DNA of 64,000 nt from a virus (taxonomy: Duplodnaviria > Caudoviricetes), in IMG/VR virus record IMGVR_UViG_3300028797_000108, positions 75,106 to 139,105 of that record; one strand, 5' to 3'. Numbering within the stretch: position 1 is the first letter of the stretch; the number at the start of each line of letters is the position of its first letter. The position numbers were made by a program, and so were the translations under genes. Below the pieces are notes generated by a model. That model ran no database searches. It was given only the letters and a program-made list of their open reading frames with translations, and had not been told where the DNA came from. Positions 43,324 through 54,121 of the stretch are shown one piece after another.

Positions 43324-45648
43324 ATGGCAAATAAAGAAGTATTTTATCAGGTCGTAAGCGGTGACAAGATCCTACCCGTGTATGATGTTGATGCTCATAA
43401 TCGCATCGCCGCAGAAGGTCAAGCACTCGAAGGCCTATCTGGCGAGTTCAAGACATTCTCCGGAGCTATCTCTGGTAAGGTCTCAGGACTAAGTGGCGAG
43501 TTCAAAGATTTCGTAACCCAAACAAATCAGGAGTTCATTAACACATCTTCGTGGGCAAATGAAACATTTCAGCCGACAGGTGATTATGTTTCAGCGTCAG
43601 ATTTCTCAGCCTTCCAACAGCAGGTTGAAGATGCTCTAGATACGAAAGTTGACAAATCTACTTATAATGATTTTGTTGAAGAGGCTAGAGCGTGGGATAA
43701 TGAATTTTATACAGCCGGTGCTGACATTGAAATTTCAGGGCATGAAATTTCAGTTAAAAGTGATTTTGTAAGATTACCCTACTTACAAGCAAATTATTAT
43801 GACAAAGACACCGTTGATGAAAAGATAGCAAATTTCGGCGGGTTCCAAAAGGCGTCACCGACTGGCGCTGATAATCATCCTGATGTCAGCGAACCTCGCA
43901 CAAATATCATTTATCTTGTAAAGGTCGGCACATCTGAAAAGGATCCTTACTACGAATGGATTTATGATGCCGTAAACGGATGGGAGTGTATTGGCGAAAT
44001 GTCAGTGCCGCTTGCTGACTATTACACAAAGATTGAAGCCGATGCAAGGTTCCAACCTATTGGCGATTATGTTTCAGCAAGTGACCTCAACAATTATTAC
44101 ACGGTACCTGAAGTAAATGATATTGTCAGTGACCTTGAAGACCGTGTTGAGTCTGCTTATGGTGACTTGTTTAACACAACGCTCAAGGCCGGCACAAAGA
44201 TCACAATAACAACAGCAGCTGGTGCTAAGCCGGATGATATTGAATACACAATCAATGCTGATGCACCTGATATTCCTACGCTTGAAGGCGAAAGCGGTAT
44301 CAGCGCACAATACATCACTGCACAAAATAAGTGGAAGGTAGGTCTTGAAAGATTTGATGACGCTGGCTTTGCCAAGTTCTCAACATCAGCAAACACATTT
44401 GCGACAAGCGCTAAGCTTATTGGCTATCATCAAGATCTTAACTTAAACGAAAACAAGATATCACTTGTTGAAGACAAAATCATTATGCAGCCTGGCTTGT
44501 ATCACGTTGACATGCAGATCACGCTGTCAACTACTGGTGCTGAAAATGCTTATTATGAAACTATCATCAGATCATTGGCAGGATCTTGCTCAGACACCAA
44601 GATCATTGATGCATCATTCCAGCATAGTGAAACCGTTGACCTATCTTATGACATTAAGATTGCCAATGATGATACTCCACTTGAAACAACCATTGAAGGT
44701 TTCCAGGTTGGTGGTACCGCTACAGTTAATAACTTGAACATCCATGAAATTTTGCAGATGCCTTCTAAGATTAACGGAGGCGGCGGCAATTATGTGGCTG
44801 GTGATGGTATTAACATTATCAATGACACGGTTTCAGTTAAGATAGGCGACGGTCTTTGGGTTCCGGCATCATCAAACAATTTGGAAGTTAAGCTCGGCAA
44901 GGGTTTGACATTCTCAAGCGACGGCGGCATTAACGCATTGACGATTGACAATAAGGTTGAAGATGTTGTGGACACAGTTGAAAAATTGTCAGAAGACCTT
45001 GACACAAAGGTGACGGTTAACATGCCAGTTGCTTCAATTACCGACGTGTTCCATTCAGAGTACTGGCAAAACATTGACCAAGGTCAAGATGACGAAGGCT
45101 TGTATATTGCTCAGCTATTCTCAGTGCCTATCAACAATAAACTTTATGTTAGCGCGGCTGACGCAGAAATGATTACGAACATCGCAATTTATTCACATCA
45201 GGCATTCAGCAATTCAGATGTTATTTTCGGATTGCTTGAATTTGACTTTGATGGCAACGGCGGAACTGGTGATACGAACTGGGTAGCCGATACTGGTCCT
45301 GTTAGTTGGAACGCCGCTGGTAGACATGAATTCCCGCTAATTCATATGCATCCTGACCGTGCTGAACTTCAGGCTAACAAGATGTATTATGCAGTCGCTT
45401 GCGTTAAGAAAGGCTCTAGAAACAATTTGTGGCTGGCTGGAACAACAGGCTATTCACAAGCATTTAACAGTGACCCACGCATTGCATTTGGTTTTGGTAA
45501 CTGCACTACTGGCACTGGTGAGAACGCATTGAGATTTGACACATCGGCTGGTACGATTAGAAACGTTTCACGTTCTTATAATGAAACATGCCACTCTAAC
45601 CCAAGATTCTTTATGCAAATAAGAAACAAGAAGGTACCGAAGGCTTAA
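43324..45648 (+). CDS. Tail-fibre-like virion protein
   Basis: 774 aa; FQPxGDYVSASD twice, YTAG/YVAGDGINI repeats, YYTKIE. Confidence 0.7.
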   Translation: MANKEVFYQVVSGDKILPVYDVDAHNRIAAEGQALEGLSGEFKTFSGAISGKVSGLSGEFKDFVTQTNQEFINTSSWANETFQPTGDYVSASDFSAFQQQVEDALDTKVDKSTYNDFVEEARAWDNEFYTAGADIEISGHEISVKSDFVRLPYLQANYYDKDTVDEKIANFGGFQKASPTGADNHPDVSEPRTNIIYLVKVGTSEKDPYYEWIYDAVNGWECIGEMSVPLADYYTKIEADARFQPIGDYVSASDLNNYYTVPEVNDIVSDLEDRVESAYGDLFNTTLKAGTKITITTAAGAKPDDIEYTINADAPDIPTLEGESGISAQYITAQNKWKVGLERFDDAGFAKFSTSANTFATSAKLIGYHQDLNLNENKISLVEDKIIMQPGLYHVDMQITLSTTGAENAYYETIIRSLAGSCSDTKIIDASFQHSETVDLSYDIKIANDDTPLETTIEGFQVGGTATVNNLNIHEILQMPSKINGGGGNYVAGDGINIINDTVSVKIGDGLWVPASSNNLEVKLGKGLTFSSDGGINALTIDNKVEDVVDTVEKLSEDLDTKVTVNMPVASITDVFHSEYWQNIDQGQDDEGLYIAQLFSVPINNKLYVSAADAEMITNIAIYSHQAFSNSDVIFGLLEFDFDGNGGTGDTNWVADTGPVSWNAAGRHEFPLIHMHPDRAELQANKMYYAVACVKKGSRNNLWLAGTTGYSQAFNSDPRIAFGFGNCTTGTGENALRFDTSAGTIRNVSRSYNETCHSNPRFFMQIRNKKVPKA

Positions 45649-45649
45649 T

Positions 45650-45970
45650 ATGTTAAGAAATTATAACAGATTATATTTGAACAAGCAAACCGATCATGAG
45701 GCAAGCAAAGTCATTTATGATTCTCACGGCGTCACTGGTCTAGAATGGAACCAATACATCGGACGAATCATCATTAATGATTTCATCAAGCAGCTTGATG
45801 ACCATGTTGGTACTGAATTTGCGCCTTACATGGGCGTGCTGCCTTTCATTGAGTATGGAATGTTTCAGTCAGCGATAGGCGTCATACAGCAGATTGAAAT
45901 CCCTGGTTTGGAACGCCAGAAAGCTTGGCTGCTTGAAGCGTTGAAGGAAGGTGAGGACCGTTATGAGTAA
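45650..45970 (+). CDS. Hypothetical protein (possible fibre chaperone)
   Basis: 106 aa between fibre-like genes. Confidence 0.75.
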   Translation: MLRNYNRLYLNKQTDHEASKVIYDSHGVTGLEWNQYIGRIIINDFIKQLDDHVGTEFAPYMGVLPFIEYGMFQSAIGVIQQIEIPGLERQKAWLLEALKEGEDRYE

Positions 45971-47588
45971 GTTAAATAAAATTATTACCAATCTTCCGGT
46001 TTCATTGACAACGGAAGAAAATGAAGCGCTTAGCCAAACCTTCTCAGCCGTAACTGCTGCTGGAGGTGGTGGCGGCGGACAAAGCATTCGTTATGCTGGT
46101 GACGGCACTACTATTGTGTTGAACACAACGCAGAATACTTTCAGCTTGCATCAAGACTACATTAACGCAGTTCAGGGAATACCTACGAAAGTTACTGATC
46201 TTACTGACTCAGCGAATTATGAACTTACATCACATGCATCATCAACATATTTGACAAAGGCAAGCGCCGATAATGATTATGGCGCTAAGGCTGATGTTAC
46301 TGCGCTTAAGGAAGCATCGGCCGGTTGGGATAAAGGTGCTGCACTTACTGCATATAGTGCGAATGGTAAATGGCTTATTGCTGATGATATTACTGGAAAA
46401 CAAGATACGCTTACATTTGGATATAATGGTTCTAAGATTAGTGCCATCAATGAAACAGCCATTGACCAACCTGATGTCAGCAACTTCTTAACAAAAGAAA
46501 TTGCAGACACTTATTATCAGCCGACTGGAAATTATCAGCCCGCCGGTGCTTATGCAACAAGCAGCACTATTGCTGGTGACAGCGTGTATGGATTGACTAC
46601 CGCTGGATGGCAAATTGTTGAAGGCGGCGGAGGCGGAGGCGGCGGAATGATTGCCGTCACGCATGATGATACACTAAGTGGCGACGGAACAGACGCAGCA
46701 CACAAGCTAGGTGTTGTTTGGTCAACATTAAGTGCAGGCACAGTAAATTCTGCATTAAGCGCAGGAAGCGCAGCGAAGGCAGCATTATTGGGTACATCAA
46801 GCTTGGCTGATATTACAGCTGCCATCAATTTGAAAGCTGATGCAACTGATATTTCTGATATGTTAACCAAGACGCTTGCTGCGTCATTATATCAGGCAAA
46901 AACTGATATGACTGCATATCAAACAACGGCTGGTATGACAGCATATCAGACAACAGCTAGCATGTCAGATTACTGGAAGAAAACTGAAACAAGTAGTGAT
47001 GCACAGATTTCGGCAGCTTTAGCTGCTAAGCAAGAAACATTGACATTCAATTTTGCTGATGCTAGCACTACACAAATATCAGGCATAAACGGATATGACT
47101 TTGTTATTCCTTCTTTGCCGCACATCACAGTTATTCCTGGTACATATATTTCTGCCTCTGAAGGCACTGGTAGCGATGCTGGTAAATGGACAGTTGGAGT
47201 AAATGCTACTGCTAAAAACTACATAGACGCAATACCAAATAAAGTTACCAAGCCTGATGTTGCTGATAAGAACTTTATTTACACAACGTCTGGAAGCACT
47301 TCGGGATGGACTGATGCTGATGCGATTTATGCAACAACGGCAGCGGTTGATGCTAAGCTAAGTAAGGCTGACATTAGCATTACAGGCGCTGATAACGTTT
47401 TGAGAATAAAAGAAGCCGCAAATACATCGGCTACATTCTCAGCTGTTTCATGGTATGCTAATACCGCGGTCAATGCATTTAAGGCACAGAAGATATTTGT
47501 CGTTCGTAATGACGATGATATTATGGCTCATGCCCAATTTGCGAATAACCAAGGTTGCCTGTTCTTTGTTGTGTCAGGTCACTCGTAA
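45963..47588 (+). CDS. Fibre-like virion protein
   Basis: Ala/Thr/Ser-rich, poly-Gly hinges, KQDTL, HDDTLSGDG, YQPTGNYQPAGAY. Confidence 0.7.
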   Translation: MSKLNKIITNLPVSLTTEENEALSQTFSAVTAAGGGGGGQSIRYAGDGTTIVLNTTQNTFSLHQDYINAVQGIPTKVTDLTDSANYELTSHASSTYLTKASADNDYGAKADVTALKEASAGWDKGAALTAYSANGKWLIADDITGKQDTLTFGYNGSKISAINETAIDQPDVSNFLTKEIADTYYQPTGNYQPAGAYATSSTIAGDSVYGLTTAGWQIVEGGGGGGGGMIAVTHDDTLSGDGTDAAHKLGVVWSTLSAGTVNSALSAGSAAKAALLGTSSLADITAAINLKADATDISDMLTKTLAASLYQAKTDMTAYQTTAGMTAYQTTASMSDYWKKTETSSDAQISAALAAKQETLTFNFADASTTQISGINGYDFVIPSLPHITVIPGTYISASEGTGSDAGKWTVGVNATAKNYIDAIPNKVTKPDVADKNFIYTTSGSTSGWTDADAIYATTAAVDAKLSKADISITGADNVLRIKEAANTSATFSAVSWYANTAVNAFKAQKIFVVRNDDDIMAHAQFANNQGCLFFVVSGHS

Positions 47589-47606
47589 ATAATCTGAGGA
47601 CTATTT

Positions 47607-49247
47607 ATGGCTTGGAAAATTGATGGAAAAATTGGGTTGCTTGCATCTAATTATGAAGGCAACCCACAGCAAGATACTTACCGTATTGCATATAAAGATG
47701 CAAGCGGTAATGATTATGAAATTGAAAAGGTGTATTTTCTATCGGCTGATGACATTGCATATTTTGAGACGTTGACACAACAGGAACAACTTGCAGAACT
47801 TGCTACAGGTAAATATAATGTATGGCATCGTTATTGGGATCCTATGTATTACTTTGCACACTGTTATACTTATCAGAGCAATTCTTTACCTTCATTTTTA
47901 TTCTCACCTGAAAAATCTGGTGAACTTAAATCATTTACCGTTTATACCAAATCAGCCTGTAATGCAAAGTCACACTTGATTTTGGCAAGGTATGATGGCG
48001 ATGATATTGCTACATTAGATTATTCAAAGTTTTATGTCATTGCGAATAATAACGACTTCACAATTCGTTCATCAACGCTTTGCGATTTCAAAACACAATA
48101 TAATGAAGATGTTTATGAAACGGTCATAGAATACACAGGCTCATCGCCAATGCTGCTGAGCAAAAGCACGCATTACATGTTTGTAGCTAGGATGCGTCAT
48201 GATAATGATAATAATTATGATCTTGTGTATGACGCTGACTTGTCCGCAACAGAACCTGTTGCCCGTTCGTTGCAGTATGATAACTATAACATTCATGATA
48301 ATAAAAATCAGTACTGGCGTGATGCAGTAAATGCAACTGTTGAAAACGGATTTGTAAAATTCGGCATATCGGCTGATGATCTACAGTGGGCTAATGAAAA
48401 CGAACCGTTTTCAGCGTGTTATGTTGAATGGGATCAGTATGATGATTCCACAAAAACATTATCATGGCATACATTGTGTAATTATCCGGTAGGTTCAAAT
48501 AATCCTATTGATGTTAGCGATGATGTTGAATGGTATAGACTTAACAATGTCAATCCCAGAATTTCAGCTACATCAATTAAGACATCAGCATATACTGCAT
48601 TTGCTGATGATGGCATGCGCTTTGCATCAATACTTGCTTGTAATGAACACAAGTCACCTACTGCACGCGGCGGATTCCGTTATCCTTATAATGAACCTGA
48701 TGACCAAACATATTCATCATGTATAGATACATATCAGTACTATAGGATATCTGGTGAACAGTATGCATGCTTGCTGTATACGCCTACAACTGACTGTCGT
48801 CTTGTTTCTTTCTCATTCTTCAATAACTCGACTTGCGCATATAATGTTGACAACCGCGCAATAATTGAACTTAATGATGCAAAGACCCAAGGAACGGCAT
48901 ACGGCGCATTAACAGAAGACCATCGCATTGAATATAAGAAATCACGAGTTATAACGATGACTGGAACAACTGAAGTAAGTAGCCAAGTTGAAATGATTTA
49001 TAAGCATTACATGGTTCCTTCGCAAACAATAAATTTGTCAGCAGGAAAAACTTATGCATTTGCTTTGTATAATGATTTCAATGATTCTAAACATGGCATA
49101 GCATATTTTAGAAAAAATGCTTCAGCAGACGAAAGACACTATAACATCATACGAAGTAATCCTTATTACCTTGGCGGATGGACAGCTACTGACTATAATG
49201 CATACGCAATTATTACAACGGCAGCAGTTGAAGACGCACAAGCATAA
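47607..49247 (+). CDS. Hypothetical virion protein (possible receptor-binding, beta-rich)
   Basis: 546 aa, Tyr/Asn/Asp-rich, internally duplicated domain pattern (F.P...L.SF...). Confidence 0.7.
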   Translation: MAWKIDGKIGLLASNYEGNPQQDTYRIAYKDASGNDYEIEKVYFLSADDIAYFETLTQQEQLAELATGKYNVWHRYWDPMYYFAHCYTYQSNSLPSFLFSPEKSGELKSFTVYTKSACNAKSHLILARYDGDDIATLDYSKFYVIANNNDFTIRSSTLCDFKTQYNEDVYETVIEYTGSSPMLLSKSTHYMFVARMRHDNDNNYDLVYDADLSATEPVARSLQYDNYNIHDNKNQYWRDAVNATVENGFVKFGISADDLQWANENEPFSACYVEWDQYDDSTKTLSWHTLCNYPVGSNNPIDVSDDVEWYRLNNVNPRISATSIKTSAYTAFADDGMRFASILACNEHKSPTARGGFRYPYNEPDDQTYSSCIDTYQYYRISGEQYACLLYTPTTDCRLVSFSFFNNSTCAYNVDNRAIIELNDAKTQGTAYGALTEDHRIEYKKSRVITMTGTTEVSSQVEMIYKHYMVPSQTINLSAGKTYAFALYNDFNDSKHGIAYFRKNASADERHYNIIRSNPYYLGGWTATDYNAYAIITTAAVEDAQA

Positions 49248-49294
49248 CTAGATTATCATTTTCATGGCGGCGCTCACCGGCACCGCCTTTATAG

Positions 49295-49302
49295 TATAAA
49301 TA
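49295..49302 (+). promoter_or_regulatory. T4-type late promoter
   Basis: TATAAATA following a hairpin at about 49266-49288. Confidence 0.7.
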
Positions 49303-49318
49303 CAAAAAAGGGTAAGAT

Positions 49319-49768
49319 ATGCTAGTAGAAACATTTAATAAGATCGTTGATAACATCGCAGCACTGAATGAAAAAGAAGAAATTCATGTTTCTCCTCCTG
49401 ATGAACAGCCGGTTGAACATGAGGAATCAACTGAATCCGCTGATCCGAGAACAGCACTTCGTGACTCTATCAAGTCTCAGGCAGAAATTGCTGAAAGCGT
49501 GATTAAGTCTATCGGAGAAGCATACGCTGACAAATGCAACCACATGACCATTATGGGCAACATGGAAGACCAGATTAAGAACTGGGAACAAACAATGAAG
49601 GGTGCCTGTCATCAGGTTGTGCAGATGGTGAACTCAAAGAAGTTCACTGTTGATAAGCGCGTATGTAACCCACATGCATTTAATATGATTAAGGATTGTG
49701 CTTCTCGTGATACTGACGCATTGAAGACTGCGGCTGCGGTTATCGTATTTTACAATTCTTTGGGATAA
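49319..49768 (+). CDS. Hypothetical late protein
   Basis: 149 aa behind late promoter. Confidence 0.8.
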   Translation: MLVETFNKIVDNIAALNEKEEIHVSPPDEQPVEHEESTESADPRTALRDSIKSQAEIAESVIKSIGEAYADKCNHMTIMGNMEDQIKNWEQTMKGACHQVVQMVNSKKFTVDKRVCNPHAFNMIKDCASRDTDALKTAAAVIVFYNSLG

Positions 49769-49778
49769 GAGGTAAGGA

Positions 49779-51470
49779 ATGGCGCTTGTTGAGCAATTAC
49801 AACCTATTGCTGGTTGGAGCCATGATACAGTTGCTGACGGCGACTGGATGCAGTCTAAGACCATCAAGCCGATTGATGCAAACATCAAGATGCTTGCAGC
49901 GGCCTGTGATGACAACGGATTAGACCAGATCCCAGCAATTTCGGCTGCGGCATTTTCAGGCGCTTCCGCATGGCAGCAAGTAAGCGCCTATGCCGATAAA
50001 TTTGATGACATGCAGGCAAGCGCTGCATCAGGCGCTTCTGCTTGGGACAAAATAAAGAACTATAACATGACGGCACTTTCTGCTAGTGCGATGTCAGGCG
50101 CATTGGCATGGAATAAGATTGGTGACCCTAGCATTGACCTTAAGGAAATACGCGGCTCAGCACAGAGCGGTTTTGCAGCATATCAAAAATTAGAAGGCTA
50201 TGATCTTGCAGAAATTTCACAGTCCGCTGCTCTGGGTAAATCTGCGTATGATTACATCAGTCCGCGTGTTGGAGATTTGAATAGAGCACTTACAACATAC
50301 AATGCTGCCTACAGTGCAGGATTGTTGGGTGTATCTGCATGGAACACAGTTACATCAAATGAAGGTAAATGGAATAATGCTTACAGCGCGCTAACATCAA
50401 GAAGTGCGTCATGGAATGAAGGACGCATAACTGTTTGGATATACAGCGGCCTATGGAATGATGCGTCAAAATGGGTAACCGCAAATTCTGCTAAGTGGAA
50501 CATTGACATTGATGTTTATAACAATAACTATCAAAAGTGGAATAATGCAACTGGTATTGTTGAAGCTGATTCGGCTAGATGGAATAGTGCAGCAAGCGTC
50601 ATTGAAGGCGGCTCCGCAAAATGGAACAATGCGGTTGACACATTACGAAATTACTCTGCCGGATGGACGGCAGCTAAGAGCCAGCTTGATGCATCTGCTA
50701 AGTACTGGAACAGCGCTTATGATGTGATGAAGAATAACTCCGCAACATGGACGGCTATGTATGATGTTGTGAACCGCTCAGCAACAAACTGGAGCAACGC
50801 GGTCAACCAATTCAATACAAGCTCTTCAATTTGGACAACGACTGTCAATAACTACAACTCGAACACAGCTAAGTGGAACAGCGCAACGGCAACACTCAGC
50901 GCTCGTTCAGGTGTATGGCTTGACACGGTTGGTACTGTTGCAGCAGGTAAGTCAAAATGGAATTCTGACTATAACACAGTTTGTGCAAACTCAGCCAAAT
51001 GGAATTCTTGTGCTACAACGGTAAGTAATAACAGAGCTAAGTGGGACGCTGCTGGCACATATTTGGTTGACAAATATGTCAGTGCTTTGTCATCCATCTA
51101 TCTCACAATTACAGCTAAGTCTGGATATTGGGATTCAGCATACTCAGCATATGTATCAGCATTTGATAAGTTTGGAAACACGCTGACGATCGTTCAAAAT
51201 AATGTCGGCGCATGGAATGATACCGCTGGCTGGTATAGATCTAACTCAGCAACTACGACTGCATTTACATACGCAGTCACTGCTGGTTCAGCAGCATGGA
51301 CAAATGCTGCGTCAAAGGTTGTCGCAAGTGCGAAGTATTGGGACCAAGCATACTCAGCATTGACTGGAAGCAGAGGAACTTATATTCAGGGCTGGGACAT
51401 TACGGCCGCGGTCTATACAGGGTCTTATCCTTCTTCACCAAGTGCTAAAACGGTTTATTTCGTAGGTTAA
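49779..51470 (+). CDS. SAxWN-repeat coiled-coil fibre-like protein
   Basis: Many (N)S(A/G)xWN units with mostly 14-residue spacing. Confidence 0.75.
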   Translation: MALVEQLQPIAGWSHDTVADGDWMQSKTIKPIDANIKMLAAACDDNGLDQIPAISAAAFSGASAWQQVSAYADKFDDMQASAASGASAWDKIKNYNMTALSASAMSGALAWNKIGDPSIDLKEIRGSAQSGFAAYQKLEGYDLAEISQSAALGKSAYDYISPRVGDLNRALTTYNAAYSAGLLGVSAWNTVTSNEGKWNNAYSALTSRSASWNEGRITVWIYSGLWNDASKWVTANSAKWNIDIDVYNNNYQKWNNATGIVEADSARWNSAASVIEGGSAKWNNAVDTLRNYSAGWTAAKSQLDASAKYWNSAYDVMKNNSATWTAMYDVVNRSATNWSNAVNQFNTSSSIWTTTVNNYNSNTAKWNSATATLSARSGVWLDTVGTVAAGKSKWNSDYNTVCANSAKWNSCATTVSNNRAKWDAAGTYLVDKYVSALSSIYLTITAKSGYWDSAYSAYVSAFDKFGNTLTIVQNNVGAWNDTAGWYRSNSATTTAFTYAVTAGSAAWTNAASKVVASAKYWDQAYSALTGSRGTYIQGWDITAAVYTGSYPSSPSAKTVYFVG

Positions 51471-51471
51471 T

Positions 51472-53187
51472 ATGGCGATTGAGATTACAGCTTTAGCAAA
51501 CGTATCTAGGGAAACGCTAGCAGATGGTGTATGGTTTACCGACAAGATCATCGGCGTAGCGGACCAAGATCTTCAAAACATTGCTCAAGCGCTTGATGAT
51601 AATGACATTGCGAATTTACCGAATGTCATCGCTAGTGCTAAGCTAGGTGCTTCAGCATGGAACGCCGTTAAGAATCAAGACTTTGCCAAGATGTCGGCAA
51701 ATGCCGTAAGTGGTGCATCTGCTTGGATGAATGTAAGCGCATTTGATTATGATGGCGTTTCACGCAGTGCTTATTCGGGTTTTAAGGCCGCAGAAAAAAC
51801 ATTGCCGTATGACATCACAACTATTAAAGAACAAGCCAAACTTGGTTATGTTGCATACCAAGATTGCAGTGCATATAATCTTTCAGCAATACAGAACAGT
51901 GCTAAAAGTGCCCGCGGTGCATACAACAACATATCGGCTAACACTTCTACGATAAACAACCTCATTTCAACATGTTCTGCGTTTTCTAGCATATCAGCCT
52001 TTGGTCCAGTAACCATTTGGTATCTAAACGAAAATAGCGCCAGATGGAATGAAACAACAGCTAATCTTTCATTGTATGAAACTGCGTATGACGCATTGCT
52101 TCCCTATGAAAAATGGAGGGAAGACCCGACTAAACGATACAATGAAATGACTGCATTCTGGAATAATGTGCAGCTTAAGTTTGGCCGCTTGCAGACAAGC
52201 CTTGGTGAAATATCAGCTGATGCAAATAACATGCACAATGTAATAAGTGCATATTCAGCTCGTTGGAACCGTATGGACAGTGGGCAGCGCAGCGGATATG
52301 GCGCAAGCGCTTGGAACCAGTTGCCTGGCGAGACTGCAACATTCTGGCATTTGTCATCTGTTTCAGCTAAGTCTGCTAACTGGACATGGGCACATGACAA
52401 GACAAACCAAAGTGCTACAAAATTCACTAGCGCGGCAAACATCATTAGCACAAACAGAAATAAGTGGTTGTTGCCTTCTGCATTCAACACTTATACAAAT
52501 TTTGTGACAAGCTACCGTAAGAACTCTGAGATTTATAACCGTGCGTTCTATTCTGGTGCTTCATCTTTGTCAGCGTTGTCTGGATGGGCAGACACCTGTA
52601 AGAGCGATGTTGATGCAAGTGCTTCAAAGTGGAATAGCATAACCGTTAATCCTGACTGGACGGCTACTTATGGAAAAGTAAATGCCAACTCAGCCAACTG
52701 GCAACGCTATTGGACAAGCGCAGATAACATGAGCAGTTGCGTCACCGTTTTCAGTTCGCATTCAGGTACACAAACTTCACCGATGTGGGAACAGATGGCG
52801 TATGGCAAGAGCGATTGGTGGGGCAAGATTGGTTCTTGGACAGGTATAGTTGGAAGCAACTCAAGTTATTGGCTTGATCTTTCTGCAGTCCGTCGCGGAC
52901 TAACAGGTAATCCTAGCTATTCTGCTGCATTGACCGTAACTAATGCAAAGACCATTACATCAACAAGCGCTAACTTTAGTGCGTGGTATACGCTTTATGA
53001 TTATAACGGCGGAAAGGCTGAAGCATTGACTGAAATGTATAAGACATACACAGCTAACTCAGCATCTAAATGGCTCAAAACAAACGGCACAAATGCTTCA
53101 TTGAGAATTTTAAGAAGAAAAGGTTGGTTCACTAAGTATCATACAGGTACATCTGAAATTGCCAACACAATCTTTTTGATGTCATAG
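51472..53187 (+). CDS. SAxWN-repeat protein, paralog of 49779..51470
   Basis: Shared N-terminus T(V/L)ADGxW and GASAW/SAxWN repeats. Confidence 0.75.
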   Translation: MAIEITALANVSRETLADGVWFTDKIIGVADQDLQNIAQALDDNDIANLPNVIASAKLGASAWNAVKNQDFAKMSANAVSGASAWMNVSAFDYDGVSRSAYSGFKAAEKTLPYDITTIKEQAKLGYVAYQDCSAYNLSAIQNSAKSARGAYNNISANTSTINNLISTCSAFSSISAFGPVTIWYLNENSARWNETTANLSLYETAYDALLPYEKWREDPTKRYNEMTAFWNNVQLKFGRLQTSLGEISADANNMHNVISAYSARWNRMDSGQRSGYGASAWNQLPGETATFWHLSSVSAKSANWTWAHDKTNQSATKFTSAANIISTNRNKWLLPSAFNTYTNFVTSYRKNSEIYNRAFYSGASSLSALSGWADTCKSDVDASASKWNSITVNPDWTATYGKVNANSANWQRYWTSADNMSSCVTVFSSHSGTQTSPMWEQMAYGKSDWWGKIGSWTGIVGSNSSYWLDLSAVRRGLTGNPSYSAALTVTNAKTITSTSANFSAWYTLYDYNGGKAEALTEMYKTYTANSASKWLKTNGTNASLRILRRKGWFTKYHTGTSEIANTIFLMS

Positions 53188-53194
53188 GTTTAAC

Positions 53195-54121
53195 ATGGGA
53201 TTGATTAGAGTCACACAAAGCACAGCAAGTTCAAACAAGATCTGCTATCCTTTCATGAAGGGTGGTAAGGAGAAGATTGCTTTCTGCCCGGTTTGGCATA
53301 AGGATAATGGAACTTCATTTCTTCCTTATGGTGCTAAAGCAATTTGGAAACCTGACTCTCAGAATGAAACAACACAATGGAATGTTCGCCAATATTATGC
53401 TACCTCTAAGGACACATCTACTTATACATGTCCTGCAGGTCATGCGCCGTTCCAACATAAGTTCGTTTCATCACACGGCTTTCATATGACCAACACAACT
53501 TTTGAAAGGTCAACAGGTAACTGGACATTCTCAACTACGGCAAACCTCGCAAATGTTGGACTTGGTGCAGCAGGTACCGGCGTTTCATCAAATCTGCCAT
53601 TTTCAATTTATCCAGTTAGCGGACACTGGGAATGCTATTATGGCATCGCACCCGCACTTGAGTCAACATGCATGGGTAATAAAGCAACAGGTAAGATGGT
53701 GTTCGGCGCTGTTATGATGTTGCCATCTGCTATGAAGGACGGCGCGGTGACGGCATTCTGGTCAGAAGCGCCATTAGGCAAAACACTTAAACTAGAAGGC
53801 GGCCATTATAAAGCAGGACCTTCAGCGTGGTGGGAAAACGGAGGCTATGGATCGTATAGCCGTCAATGGTCATGGCAAGTTACTACTGCTACAACAGCAA
53901 TTACACCTAGCTGGCCTTCTGATGGCTCATCTATATTCACTGGTTTGAAGTGGCTAGGACATGATAGTTCACTGGGTGGTGAAATGATGTTCTTCCAAGG
54001 TTCAGCAACTGTCAGCTCGGGTTCTTTGATTATGCCACCGCATTTCTATTACACACGAACTGGTGTAACGAACCCGGTAACCACTCACATTTATGATGAG
54101 TGGGTTGCCTTCATAACCTAA
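53195..54121 (+). CDS. Hypothetical virion protein (possible fibre tip/adhesin)
   Basis: 308 aa, Gly/Thr/Ser/Trp-rich, last gene of late operon. Confidence 0.7.
   Translation: MGLIRVTQSTASSNKICYPFMKGGKEKIAFCPVWHKDNGTSFLPYGAKAIWKPDSQNETTQWNVRQYYATSKDTSTYTCPAGHAPFQHKFVSSHGFHMTNTTFERSTGNWTFSTTANLANVGLGAAGTGVSSNLPFSIYPVSGHWECYYGIAPALESTCMGNKATGKMVFGAVMMLPSAMKDGAVTAFWSEAPLGKTLKLEGGHYKAGPSAWWENGGYGSYSRQWSWQVTTATTAITPSWPSDGSSIFTGLKWLGHDSSLGGEMMFFQGSATVSSGSLIMPPHFYYTRTGVTNPVTTHIYDEWVAFIT

Noticed and set aside
42341-54121. Diversity-generating retroelement or invertible tail-fibre cassette
   Set aside because: No reverse transcriptase, recombinase or near-identical template/variable repeat pair seen in this window.
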